Below, piece after piece: positions 25,339 through 34,424 of a DNA stretch of 64,000 nt; the stretch's first letter is position 1, and each line of letters starts with the position of its first letter. The stretch lies in IMG/VR virus record IMGVR_UViG_3300007644_000002, positions 1-64,000 of that record; one strand, given 5' to 3'. The notes below the pieces were generated by a model. It was not told the DNA's origin and ran no database searches. It was given only the letters and a program-made list of their open reading frames with translations. The DNA is from a virus. Made by a program: the position numbers and the translations under genes.

Positions 25339-25978
25339 CGTTACGCCGTATGAGAGTTACTTTAGCATTATGGTTTTCCGTTTTAGCAGGCCCTTTACTA
25401 GGAAAGTACCTACAGTAGTTTACAATAGAATATAGACCGTCGTGTTCAGCATTAAACTTTCTAAACGTACTAGCGACAGAATCAGTTTCAGTGTCGTCTA
25501 GGACTATAAAAGGTACTTTAAGTTGATGACATAAATTAAGGTCGTTCATAGCACATTCTTTACTATGACCACCATCAACAAATACCACGTCTAGACCTTT
25601 AGGAAAGTTGTCTACAGTCATTGTCAATGAATCTATTTTAGTGAATTCAAATCTATCACCAAATAGTTCTTTAGTTAACACGGCATTAGGTTCGGTGTAA
25701 TCATGAAACCCTATGTCGTAAGAATGTACTTTAAGATTAGGAAACAAAGTGAGTAGCAAATTACTACTATGTCCTGCGTTAAATCCTATCTCAGCAATAC
25801 TCTTAAAGTTAGTTAACTTCTGAACACCATACCAGAACTGAAATAATCTGGTTTGAGGTTTCATATAGCCTTCAGTTATCTTTCGTGTTTCTAGATAGGG
25901 GAAAGATATTGCCTCTAACTCGTCATATGTGTATTTAGTACGATCTTTTAAATAATCAGTCATTTCTTCTTTTTTCAC
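25331..25978 (-). CDS. class I SAM-dependent methyltransferase (Methyltransf_24-like)
   Basis: IAEIGFNAGHS, VFVDGGH, IVLDD. Confidence 0.8.
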   Translation of the reverse strand: MKKEEMTDYLKDRTKYTYDELEAISFPYLETRKITEGYMKPQTRLFQFWYGVQKLTNFKSIAEIGFNAGHSSNLLLTLFPNLKVHSYDIGFHDYTEPNAVLTKELFGDRFEFTKIDSLTMTVDNFPKGLDVVFVDGGHSKECAMNDLNLCHQLKVPFIVLDDTETDSVASTFRKFNAEHDGLYSIVNYCRYFPSKGPAKTENHNAKVTLIRRNDV

Positions 25979-26183
25979 TATAATGACGCACTATGTATAT
26001 TCGAGTAAATGCGACAACAGAAAACCAACAAGTAATTATGTTAGAAATCCAGAACGGACTGGTTATCTCCCACTCACCTACAATCAACCACAAAAAGAAA
26101 ATGTTGAGGGGGTAATTTATCATCGCCCCCGTCAACACATGTATCGCAGCTTCTTTAGCTATATAGGGATTTAGTTTAAACAA
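25956..26183 (-). CDS. small two-TM membrane protein
   Basis: Two hydrophobic segments ending in RIYIVR. Confidence 0.6.
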   Translation of the reverse strand: MFKLNPYIAKEAAIHVLTGAMINYPLNIFFLWLIVGEWEITSPFWISNIITCWFSVVAFTRIYIVRHYSEKRRND

Positions 26184-26707
26184 CTATTTCTCAAAACATC
26201 TACTAGATTCTCGGGAGAAGAAACACTGTACGGGTCAAGTGGACAGTCATCCATACAACCATCTTCAGGTAAGAAATTCGTGACAACCATGTCATTAACT
26301 ACCATAGAATATCTCCAAGAACGTTCACCAAATCCTAGATTACGTTTAGATACAGACATTCCAAGACTGAGAGCAAAGTCACCATTACCATCTGGTAACA
26401 TCTTAACATTCTTGATACCTAACTTTTCTGCCCACTGAAACATACTGAAGGCATCATTGACAGATGTACAATATATTTCATCAATACCTAAGTCCATAAA
26501 CTCTTGGTACATATGTTCGTAAGAAGGTAACTGTTCGTTAGAACACGTAGGAGTAAATGCGCCTGGCAGTCCGAAGATTACTACACGTTTACCACCGATC
26601 AGTTCAGATAGATTTTTGCGCACCCAAACAAATGGGTTGTCTCCACCTATAGAGTCATCACGTTCTCTGAGATGAAATGTCACGTCAGTTAAAAACGGGT
26701 CAAACAT
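26171..26707 (-). CDS. peroxiredoxin (Prx5/Redoxin)
   Basis: LPGAFTPTCS, SVNDAF, PDGNGDF, GFGERSWRY. Confidence 0.93.
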   Translation of the reverse strand: MFDPFLTDVTFHLRERDDSIGGDNPFVWVRKNLSELIGGKRVVIFGLPGAFTPTCSNEQLPSYEHMYQEFMDLGIDEIYCTSVNDAFSMFQWAEKLGIKNVKMLPDGNGDFALSLGMSVSKRNLGFGERSWRYSMVVNDMVVTNFLPEDGCMDDCPLDPYSVSSPENLVDVLRNSCLN

Positions 26708-26815
26708 ATTTTACTCCAATAAAAGTGATGGTGTGGGGTGATCATAATAAACATATATTCAATCAAATCAATGGGGGCAAAGAAATATTGCCCACACCAT
26801 CAAAAGGGTTACAAA

Positions 26816-27046
26816 TTATTTCTTAGCAGGTTTACTGCTGGATTCTTCGATAGCGGCAGCTGCGGCTGCTTGAGCAATACGCTCATACAACGCGACTACT
26901 TGAACACCTTGGTCACGTAGTTGACCGATAGTGGTGAGTTCTTCACCTTTAAAGGCACCACGGGTTACGATGGTATCAATAACTGCGATACACGAACGTG
27001 CTACGCGGTTTGCTAAATCATTAAGTTGTGCTTGTTCTGGGGTCAT
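26816..27046 (-). CDS. hypothetical protein
   Basis: 76 aa, coupled to the gp45 stop; IDTIVTRGAFKGEEL core. Confidence 0.7.
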   Translation of the reverse strand: MTPEQAQLNDLANRVARSCIAVIDTIVTRGAFKGEELTTIGQLRDQGVQVVALYERIAQAAAAAAIEESSSKPAKK

Positions 27047-27729
27047 TATTTTGCTCCTGTTGATGAATTTTCTACTGCAATAAAGTATTCGATTTCTGAT
27101 TGAAGAGACTTGAATTTAGAAATGAGACGATTGCTCACACCAACCTCGTAGTCTTCACCAATCAATTTAAGGTTATTCACACCAATAACATAATTAAACT
27201 CAGAACCTTCGGGGTACGTACCCTCTACGGTAATTGAGAATGAATTAGATGATTGGGATGTCTTGGACTTACCGTCGACGACGATCTCAATAGCACCATT
27301 ACTTGGTCGTATATTAATCTCTTCGTGACCTAGCGCTGAGGCGGCACGTTTGATTTTAGACAAAGTATCGTTAGTGAGAACGAACTTGACTTCAGCATCT
27401 GGCATCTGAATATCTTTCTTAGGTGCCGTCAGCATTTCTGGGTCGCAATAGAAATACTTGACTGAAGATAGTCCGCTTCCATCCCGTATAGAACAGTTCT
27501 TTTCATCGAACTCGATTCTTGGATTGTCTACAAGATTTAGTACTGACAAAAACTCAGACAAATCATAGATACCAAAGTCAGTCGGGAAAGACTCTTCTAT
27601 TACAGCAGTTACAACCAAGTTCTTCTTGATTGACATAGTTTTTAAAATGTTGCCTTTAGCGACAACGATGTTGGGGTTAATGTTTGCGAAGTTTCGCAAG
27701 ATGTCGATTGTTCTACTAGTTAATTCCAT
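27046..27729 (-). CDS. 45: sliding clamp gp45
   Basis: ILRNFANINPNI, FGIYDLSEFL; syntenic with 46/47. Confidence 0.93.
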   Translation of the reverse strand: MELTSRTIDILRNFANINPNIVVAKGNILKTMSIKKNLVVTAVIEESFPTDFGIYDLSEFLSVLNLVDNPRIEFDEKNCSIRDGSGLSSVKYFYCDPEMLTAPKKDIQMPDAEVKFVLTNDTLSKIKRAASALGHEEINIRPSNGAIEIVVDGKSKTSQSSNSFSITVEGTYPEGSEFNYVIGVNNLKLIGEDYEVGVSNRLISKFKSLQSEIEYFIAVENSSTGAK

Positions 27730-27757
27730 TGAATGTTTCCTCGTTCAAGATGTAGCC

Positions 27758-27786
27758 ATTATATATTAAATGGGGGTGAGTGTCAA
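27758..27786 (-). promoter_or_regulatory. sigma70-type promoter for gp45
   Basis: TTGACA, 17 bp, TATAAT. Confidence 0.85.
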
Positions 27787-29507
27787 GTAATTTCTTTCAT
27801 TTTACTGAAGTTTTTGTCTTTATAGAATGTCAACTTACGTTCGAAGTGAGCATCCTCAAGTTCAGCCTTGTGTGATATAACGAACACGTTAGTGTCCTCT
27901 TTCAGGGTTTCGATAATCTTCATTAGGTTATCTACACCCTCACCGTCAAGTGACGAGTCAAACGTCTCATCTAGTACCAACAAGTTAGTCGACACCGAGT
28001 TCTTCATCTTAGCAATGGTACGCCAAGTGAATAACAGAGATAAATCGATGCGCTGTTTCTCGCCCTCAGAGAATGAGTCGTAAGAAAACGCATCACGATA
28101 ACGTGACCGAATAGTCTCGTTAAAACTTTCATCCAGTTCAAAGTGAACGAAGAAGTCCAATATTTGGAGGTACTGGTTCGTTAACTGATTGATTACTGGA
28201 ATATATTGCTTAATAATTTTAGTCTTGATACCAGTATCACGCAGTAGTTCACTCGCAATTCTATTGTAAGCAGACTTCTCGCTCAACACATACTTGGTAT
28301 CGGTAAGAGAATGACTCTCTCCTTCGAGGGTTTCTAGGTCTCTGTTGGCCTGACTCTGGTCACCATCACTATCTACCATACCATCCATATCAACACGGAT
28401 ACGGTCGATATCACGGTGAAGTCTTTCAATAGTCTGCTGATTGTGATGAAGTTTATTCTGGTCATTCATACACAACTGTAACTGTTCTTCTAGAGAATCA
28501 ATTTCCGACTGATATTCAGTCAGTTTTTCTTTCGCCTTATCCATAGCATGTTTTAGTTCTTTCGCCTTGGATGTAGCAGCGTCCTTCTTAGATGTGCGCA
28601 AGTCTTCCGCAATATCTTGGTCACATGTAGGACAGTGTTCGTTCTCATCAAAGAACTTAGCATCCTTAACTACAGTCTTTACTTGGGCATTAAACTGAGC
28701 ATAGTACTGGTCTAGTTGCTGTTTATTTCCACGTATAGACGCTAATTGTGTAGTAACAGTCGGCAGTAAAGCGTTTACAGTTTTAGATAGTACCGAATTG
28801 TTATCATTAATAATTCGAATCTCGTCCTGTAACTCAATAATATGAGACTCTTTCTCTTTACGATGCGCAGTGTTAATGGCTGTCAGATCACGGATATATT
28901 TTCTCTGAGCAGAAATCTTAGTCTTAACGACTTCTATCTGGTGAGAATTACCTTCAATCTCAGTTTTAAGGTGAGATATCTTTTCTTTTAGAATGGTGTT
29001 CATCTTAGAGAAGATGTTAATATCCAAAAGGTCTTCGATAACATCACGACGACTGGTAGAGTTAAGTTGCATAAATGGAACAAACGAAGACGAACCGAGA
29101 ACCACAATCTGGTGAAAACTCTTATGAGACATTTGTAAAACGTTCTTCTCAAGAATTTCCTGATATTCCCTAGCGTGTGAACTCTGGTTAATCATAACAT
29201 CATCCTTCCAGATTTCAAACTTGGCTGGTTTGATACCACGGACGACACGATACTCCATACCATTTACGGAGAACTGTACTTCAACAGAACAATCTTTATT
29301 ATTGATTGTGTTAATCAACTGATTCTTGGTAATTTTACGGTGGGGTTTACCGAACAACGCAAACGACAGTGCGTCCAGCATAGTAGATTTACCCGCACCA
29401 TTCTGACCAACAACTAGATTGGTAGACGCTTTTAATAAATCAATCTCATTAAAGTAGTTACCCGTCGAAAGAAAATTCTTCCATTTAAGTGTTTGAAACT
29501 TAATCAT
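27783..29507 (-). CDS. 46: recombination ATPase gp46 (Rad50/SbcC-like)
   Basis: GQNGAGKST, CPTC zinc hook, FSEGEKQRID signature, LDETFD. Confidence 0.95.
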   Translation of the reverse strand: MIKFQTLKWKNFLSTGNYFNEIDLLKASTNLVVGQNGAGKSTMLDALSFALFGKPHRKITKNQLINTINNKDCSVEVQFSVNGMEYRVVRGIKPAKFEIWKDDVMINQSSHAREYQEILEKNVLQMSHKSFHQIVVLGSSSFVPFMQLNSTSRRDVIEDLLDINIFSKMNTILKEKISHLKTEIEGNSHQIEVVKTKISAQRKYIRDLTAINTAHRKEKESHIIELQDEIRIINDNNSVLSKTVNALLPTVTTQLASIRGNKQQLDQYYAQFNAQVKTVVKDAKFFDENEHCPTCDQDIAEDLRTSKKDAATSKAKELKHAMDKAKEKLTEYQSEIDSLEEQLQLCMNDQNKLHHNQQTIERLHRDIDRIRVDMDGMVDSDGDQSQANRDLETLEGESHSLTDTKYVLSEKSAYNRIASELLRDTGIKTKIIKQYIPVINQLTNQYLQILDFFVHFELDESFNETIRSRYRDAFSYDSFSEGEKQRIDLSLLFTWRTIAKMKNSVSTNLLVLDETFDSSLDGEGVDNLMKIIETLKEDTNVFVISHKAELEDAHFERKLTFYKDKNFSKMKEIT

Positions 29508-30562
29508 ACTATTTCTACGCTCTGCGCCTCAATCATTAATTCACCCAATACAGACTTAATGCGATCTTTATCTAAGTCAGTATCTACATCTTGGATATAA
29601 TTATACACTAAAGTTTCGGTATCGTCAATAGTTATATCAGCATCATCGACGTTTTCTCCACGGAATTCTTTGAAGTCTTCAGCAATCTTCAACTCATAAA
29701 TCTTTTGGTTGTTGATGCGGTCGATGAATCGTTCGAACTTTTTCATGTCAGTACGATTTGCCACCATCACTTTCACAAACTTATTATCGAGGTAAGACAA
29801 ATCTTCGAAGTGATTTACTGTGTCCTCATTATAATGTAACTTGTGGTATAGTGTCATGGGGTTCTGTACAGGAGTTAACTTACCAGTATCAGTATCAAAT
29901 ATATGGAAGTATTTGGGGTCATGCGCATCATTCCAGAAGAATTCCATCTGAGCACCCAAGTAATGGATATGCCCGTTGTTAGACTTGGTATGAAAGTGAC
30001 CTGACATTACTAAGTCAAAGCGTTGTAGTGGAGCAGGATTCATACCATGCTGACACATAAGACCCTTATCCATCTCAAACCCAGCCAACTCGAAGTGACC
30101 ACCGCAAATACTAGACTTAGTGTTCGCAAGGAATTTAAGTATATTTTTCTCATTCTCAGGATTAATCCAAGGGACAAGCGCGATAGTTGTATCACCGTAC
30201 TTCATGTCAATAGGTTCTTCAACTATATTAATCTCATTCATATAGTGACCCATCAACTCCTTCAACGAATTGAGACGATTGGTGTTTTTAAAATAAGTAT
30301 CATGGTTGCCTGGGATGATATCCATAGTGATACCAAGTTCCCGCAATCGATCAAGGAAGATGCGTCTATTATGATTCAGAGCTTTGATGTTGATAGTTTT
30401 ACGGTTATCATAGTAATCTCCCAAATGGAGAATCTGGGAGATGCCGTGTTCTTGTAAGTATGGGAAAAATACATCCGAGTAGAATCTTTCCTGATACTCC
30501 ATAAAGATGTCCGAAGAATTCCTGACACCACAGTGTGTATCATTCAGTATTGCGATTAACAA
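29504..30562 (-). CDS. 47: recombination nuclease gp47 (Mre11-like), TTG start
   Basis: DTHCG, LGDYYD, PGNHD, GHFH. Confidence 0.95.
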   Translation of the reverse strand: MLIAILNDTHCGVRNSSDIFMEYQERFYSDVFFPYLQEHGISQILHLGDYYDNRKTINIKALNHNRRIFLDRLRELGITMDIIPGNHDTYFKNTNRLNSLKELMGHYMNEINIVEEPIDMKYGDTTIALVPWINPENEKNILKFLANTKSSICGGHFELAGFEMDKGLMCQHGMNPAPLQRFDLVMSGHFHTKSNNGHIHYLGAQMEFFWNDAHDPKYFHIFDTDTGKLTPVQNPMTLYHKLHYNEDTVNHFEDLSYLDNKFVKVMVANRTDMKKFERFIDRINNQKIYELKIAEDFKEFRGENVDDADITIDDTETLVYNYIQDVDTDLDKDRIKSVLGELMIEAQSVEIV

Positions 30563-30649
30563 TTCTAATAACCTCTCAAATATGTTTCATTAAATATACA
30601 TTGTACAATATAAGACACACTCATGTGACATGTGTGTAATCTAGAAGCC

Positions 30650-30678
30650 ATTATATCAGATTGACCGCGTACTGTCAA
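30650..30678 (-). promoter_or_regulatory. sigma70-type promoter for gp47
   Basis: TTGACA, 17 bp, TATAAT. Confidence 0.8.
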
Positions 30679-30683
30679 GTACT

Positions 30684-31289
30684 TTAATCAAAGAAATCTG
30701 AGAGGTCTGAGTCAACATGTACCGCACGTCGTTTACGCATTTTCTTTTCTTCTTTTGCGTAAATCTTAAACTCTTGATCCGCAGATTTGACGGTGTCAAT
30801 ACGCAGGCGCAGAGTGTCGACTAAAGTGGATGGGGAATCCATGACGGAACCACCATTGTAAGAATCATTGTTATTGCTATCAACGAATTGGTCTATACCC
30901 GCTTCGGATATGAACTTCATCTTAATATCTTGTTGCTTCTTCTCTTTTTGGATTCGTCGTAGAAACGCATACCAAGATATCTGAGTGAAGTATGCGAACG
31001 CGTTCGGTTTACCAGAACGAGTGGCAGCTTCAATATCATAGTTTTCAATTGCTTTAAGACAGTTCTCTACCGCATCCATTACCATTTCTTCACGGTAAGT
31101 GTAACGGACAAAGTTTGCTTTGTGTGATAGACCTTCTGATATGCGTAGGAAACATTTAGCAATGTAATCAGTGACCACCGGAATAGATTCACCCTTATCC
31201 TTGGCATATTTTACTTGCGTACAATAATCTACTACAGACTCAGAGAACTCTCTGTTATTGACGTAATGTGGTTTTTCTTTTGGTTTCAT
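30684..31289 (-). CDS. 55: late sigma factor gp55
   Basis: HYVNNREF, NFVRYTYREEMVMD, NAFAYFTQI, AFLRRIQKEKKQ. Confidence 0.95.
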   Translation of the reverse strand: MKPKEKPHYVNNREFSESVVDYCTQVKYAKDKGESIPVVTDYIAKCFLRISEGLSHKANFVRYTYREEMVMDAVENCLKAIENYDIEAATRSGKPNAFAYFTQISWYAFLRRIQKEKKQQDIKMKFISEAGIDQFVDSNNNDSYNGGSVMDSPSTLVDTLRLRIDTVKSADQEFKIYAKEEKKMRKRRAVHVDSDLSDFFD

Positions 31290-31316
31290 TCATATATTCC
31301 TATTAACAATACACGT

Positions 31317-31345
31317 ATTATACACGAGACCCGGCAGGGTGTCAA
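31317..31345 (-). promoter_or_regulatory. sigma70-type promoter for gp55
   Basis: TTGACA, 17 bp, TATAAT. Confidence 0.85.
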
Positions 31346-31785
31346 GGGTTAATACCATCTTTCATACCAATCAATGGGTCTTTCATAGCGACTCGTTTAC
31401 GTAGGTCACTAGTGGAGAAACGATGGTCTCTCCTATTAAAGTATATCTCTATACCCCGTGCGGCACAAGTCGCACGTCCAGTGAAGGTCTTGTCTTTATA
31501 CTCACTACCGATAATTCGTACATCAATATCAACCATCTTGAGAATGTCTTCTAGGTCTGTTTCTGTCTGATAGGGAATGATTTCGTCAACGTACTTAACT
31601 GCGGAGAGTTGTGTGTGTCTTTCGACTAATGTTTGTACAGGAGAGTTTTTATTTTCTCTGTCTTTGGAGGGGTCTACTTGTATAGCACAAATGAGGTAAT
31701 CACATTGTGTTTTCGCTTCGCGTAACATTGATATGTGGCCAGCGTGTAATAAATCAAAGGTGGAGGCGGTAAAACCAACTTTCAT
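31342..31785 (-). CDS. cytidylyltransferase (TagD/glycerol-3-phosphate CTase-like)
   Basis: FDLLHAGH (HxGH), KYVDEI, RDHRFSTS. Confidence 0.85.
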   Translation of the reverse strand: MKVGFTASTFDLLHAGHISMLREAKTQCDYLICAIQVDPSKDRENKNSPVQTLVERHTQLSAVKYVDEIIPYQTETDLEDILKMVDIDVRIIGSEYKDKTFTGRATCAARGIEIYFNRRDHRFSTSDLRKRVAMKDPLIGMKDGINP

Positions 31786-31814
31786 AACATAATCTCATAT
31801 AATAAAAATAAAAC

Positions 31815-31843
31815 TTGACACGGCGTCGTTTATAGTGTATAAT
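31815..31843 (+). promoter_or_regulatory. consensus sigma70 promoter on the plus (antisense) strand
   Basis: TTGACA(31815-31820), 17 bp, TATAAT(31838-31843), A-rich UP-like tract upstream. Confidence 0.8.
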
Positions 31844-31872
31844 CTACTTGTTGTCCGGAGGGGAGAATATAG

Positions 31873-32277
31873 CTAATGTTTCACTAGTCCTGAAGTATCA
31901 GAATCAATCAGTGAGTAGTTCTCCATATGATTGAACCACTCTTCGTCAGTCATATCATCTTGAAGGTCATCATCAGTAACAGTGCTATACGAATTCATCG
32001 AGTCAACTGCTATTGCGTACTGTTGAAGCATATCTTTAGAAGGTGTACATAAAGCAACAACCTTACTGTTCATCAATAATATAACATCCAATGGACTGTC
32101 TTGGTACGTCATCAAACTACGGAAGACAAAATATCTCTGACCATCCGAACCCATTCTATCCTCAAGGGTAAGACAATTTCTTACTGCTATAGAATCAACT
32201 TGCTCATCTAATACGTCACAAATAACCTCTTCACCGGTAGACAGTTTAAGTTGTTTGATCGAAGACTGTATCATCAT
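31873..32277 (-). CDS. hypothetical protein (Sm-like N-terminus, acidic tail)
   Basis: KQLKLSTGEEVIC; directly downstream of uvsW. Confidence 0.65.
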   Translation of the reverse strand: MMIQSSIKQLKLSTGEEVICDVLDEQVDSIAVRNCLTLEDRMGSDGQRYFVFRSLMTYQDSPLDVILLMNSKVVALCTPSKDMLQQYAIAVDSMNSYSTVTDDDLQDDMTDEEWFNHMENYSLIDSDTSGLVKH

Positions 32278-33778
32278 ATAATCCCTTTATAGGTTTAAGG
32301 TCAATGGGATATATCTTGTAGGAAAATCCTTCCTTAGTATATATCTTAATCCTTTCGGCACTATGTTTCAGAGTAAAATTCTTATGGCTGCCCACATGGA
32401 GGTCATCAGCAACATCGAAAAGCTTAGTAGTCCTACCATCGTCAGACTGACGAAGGCCCCTTCCAATTGATTGTAGTACCTTGACTTGGGACTTAGATGG
32501 GGTCGCGAATATAATATTATGCAAATTGCGGATGTTGATGCCAGTGCTGAAAGTACCGAGAGAAGCAACAATAATTGAATCATTCTGAGTTTCTACAATC
32601 CCTCTTATTTGTTCACGATCAGCAGCACCTACTTCACCGGAGACATAAAATACTTTACGATCTTCTCCGACCATGCTCCTGATCATCTCATACAATACCT
32701 TACCATGTTTCTCAACGAATTGGAACATGACTAAGGTATTTCCTTTTTGGTCTATTGCAAGCTTACTTATAAACTTATTACGTGGTTCATATTGGACGAT
32801 GTAATCCAGTTCATCTTGATACTTCATATCTTTTATCATATTACACGCATCACTATGGTAGCGCAATAAGAGAATAGATATATCAAGATCGGCAAGCTGT
32901 TTACTTTTCTGTAATTTCACGGTGCTAGTCACCGTAAAAGTCGGCCCGAATAAACCTTCTAACACCAATTTGTTAGTTTCCGTACCATCCAGTGTTCCTG
33001 TGAGACCAAAGCGATATTTCGCCTCAGTACACTTGTCCATCATAGTAGAGAGAGACTTTGCTTTGAAAAGATGTACTTCATCCCCAAAGACAGTTTCAAA
33101 CTGTTCAAACCACTCATGGTCAAATCTATAGATTGACTGCCACGTTGATATGATAATACGTTTGTCAGTGACTTTCTCTTTACCTGAGTAAATACGATGA
33201 CAGTACTGACCTACATCATATCCGTAGTCTTCGAAGTCTTTATACATCTGTTCTACTAGAGATGTAGTAGGAACAATTACCAGTATATTACCTTGAGTAG
33301 CTTCTAGAGCATAACGCATTAGGTTATAGATGATAAATGACTTACCGCTACCGGTGGGAGATAATAGAATAGAACGGTAGTTTTCTATACCGTGAGCAAT
33401 TGCTTTATATTGATAGTCTCTTGGTTCGTATGGACTATCCAGTGACGCTAGAAACTTAACTAGAGTTGGGTGATCGATGTCGTCCTTTGCGCTAGGTATA
33501 CCATAGACTTCGTGCTCAAGTATCTCTAACTTATAGAATCTATCCGCGCAGAAACGACGTAGATGACTATAAAGTCCTACGTTAAGTTGTTTAGAAACCA
33601 TGTTATAGAGACGGATTTTTCCATCCCAGCGACGTGCTTTAAACGCGGGAGTCCACTTGGCGCCAGGCACCATGAAGGAGAAATACTCACGGAGTTCTGC
33701 TTCTTGAGCAGGGTGCGACTCAACCGCGAAGTAACTGTGGTTGACCATCCTGATTCGAATCTTGTTGTCTACGCTCAT
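32246..33778 (-). CDS. uvsW: UvsW SF2 helicase
   Basis: PRDYQ, SPTGSGKS, GDEVH, GLTGT, QSIGRGLR. Confidence 0.95.
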   Translation of the reverse strand: MSVDNKIRIRMVNHSYFAVESHPAQEAELREYFSFMVPGAKWTPAFKARRWDGKIRLYNMVSKQLNVGLYSHLRRFCADRFYKLEILEHEVYGIPSAKDDIDHPTLVKFLASLDSPYEPRDYQYKAIAHGIENYRSILLSPTGSGKSFIIYNLMRYALEATQGNILVIVPTTSLVEQMYKDFEDYGYDVGQYCHRIYSGKEKVTDKRIIISTWQSIYRFDHEWFEQFETVFGDEVHLFKAKSLSTMMDKCTEAKYRFGLTGTLDGTETNKLVLEGLFGPTFTVTSTVKLQKSKQLADLDISILLLRYHSDACNMIKDMKYQDELDYIVQYEPRNKFISKLAIDQKGNTLVMFQFVEKHGKVLYEMIRSMVGEDRKVFYVSGEVGAADREQIRGIVETQNDSIIVASLGTFSTGINIRNLHNIIFATPSKSQVKVLQSIGRGLRQSDDGRTTKLFDVADDLHVGSHKNFTLKHSAERIKIYTKEGFSYKIYPIDLKPIKGLYDDTVFDQTT

Positions 33779-33872
33779 ATATAAGTTTCGCTAATTCCAC
33801 TATATCTAAATTGGGGTAGTGCCCTACGTCTTTTAGCATCCCCGCTTTAATTAAATCATCTTCTTCAAACAT
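33720..33872 (-). CDS. possible 50 aa protein overlapping the uvsW start
   Basis: ATG 33872 to TGA 33720: MFEEDDLIKAGMLKDVGHYPNLDIVELAKLIYERR... Confidence 0.4.
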   Translation of the reverse strand: MFEEDDLIKAGMLKDVGHYPNLDIVELAKLIYERRQQDSNQDGQPQLLRG

Positions 33873-33916
33873 CTATTTATCTCTCTCTTAACTCGCGATT
33901 ATTGGTAGGTTTGATA

Positions 33917-34363
33917 TTAACCACCTGCCTCAAATTGGCGCCACTTAATCATGTTACCAATTGTCTGGTGTCTCCATTTTAAAGTATCCACTATATTACT
34001 TAGAGTTTCAATAAGTGTCTTATAGTACGCAATCCGTTCCTCAGACTTTTGAATTTCTGGGTCTGCGTCGTAGTATAAATCCATATCACCTTTGAGTATA
34101 CGAAGACCATTGAAGGGGTCTAAGTCCCAACCAGTAGCACGTAGTTCATCTTCGTCCATCTTACCGTTGTAGTACTTAAACTTTTTAAGTAAAAGAGTCT
34201 TCTGAGAGTTCTCACAACGTTTGAGCTGTAACTTTGCGAGTGCGTGATATTGTAGATACTTTGCGTGTAACGACGGTGTGTGTCTAGAGACTTCGTCTAG
34301 TTGATGCTGAGGTATAGTACAGTCTTCTGACCATTCTTTGAGAACGGTTTCCAAATCAATCAT
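33917..34363 (-). CDS. uvsY: UvsY recombination mediator
   Basis: PSLHAKY, KYYNGK, YYDAD, IKWRQFEAG; next to uvsW. Confidence 0.9.
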   Translation of the reverse strand: MIDLETVLKEWSEDCTIPQHQLDEVSRHTPSLHAKYLQYHALAKLQLKRCENSQKTLLLKKFKYYNGKMDEDELRATGWDLDPFNGLRILKGDMDLYYDADPEIQKSEERIAYYKTLIETLSNIVDTLKWRHQTIGNMIKWRQFEAGG

Positions 34364-34395
34364 TATATAGTACCTTTTTAATGGGGGAATGCTGT

Positions 34396-34424
34396 ATTAT
34401 ATCACACTTCGGTAATATAGTCAA
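34396..34424 (-). promoter_or_regulatory. sigma70-type promoter for uvsY
   Basis: TTGACT, 17 bp, TATAAT. Confidence 0.7.

Noticed and set aside
26738-26920. 60 aa plus-strand ORF
   Set aside because: Antisense to a real gene and a structured leader; no translation signals
30615-30637. ACACAC/GTGTGT inverted repeat in the gp47 leader
   Set aside because: Only about 6 bp of low-complexity pairing; could be chance
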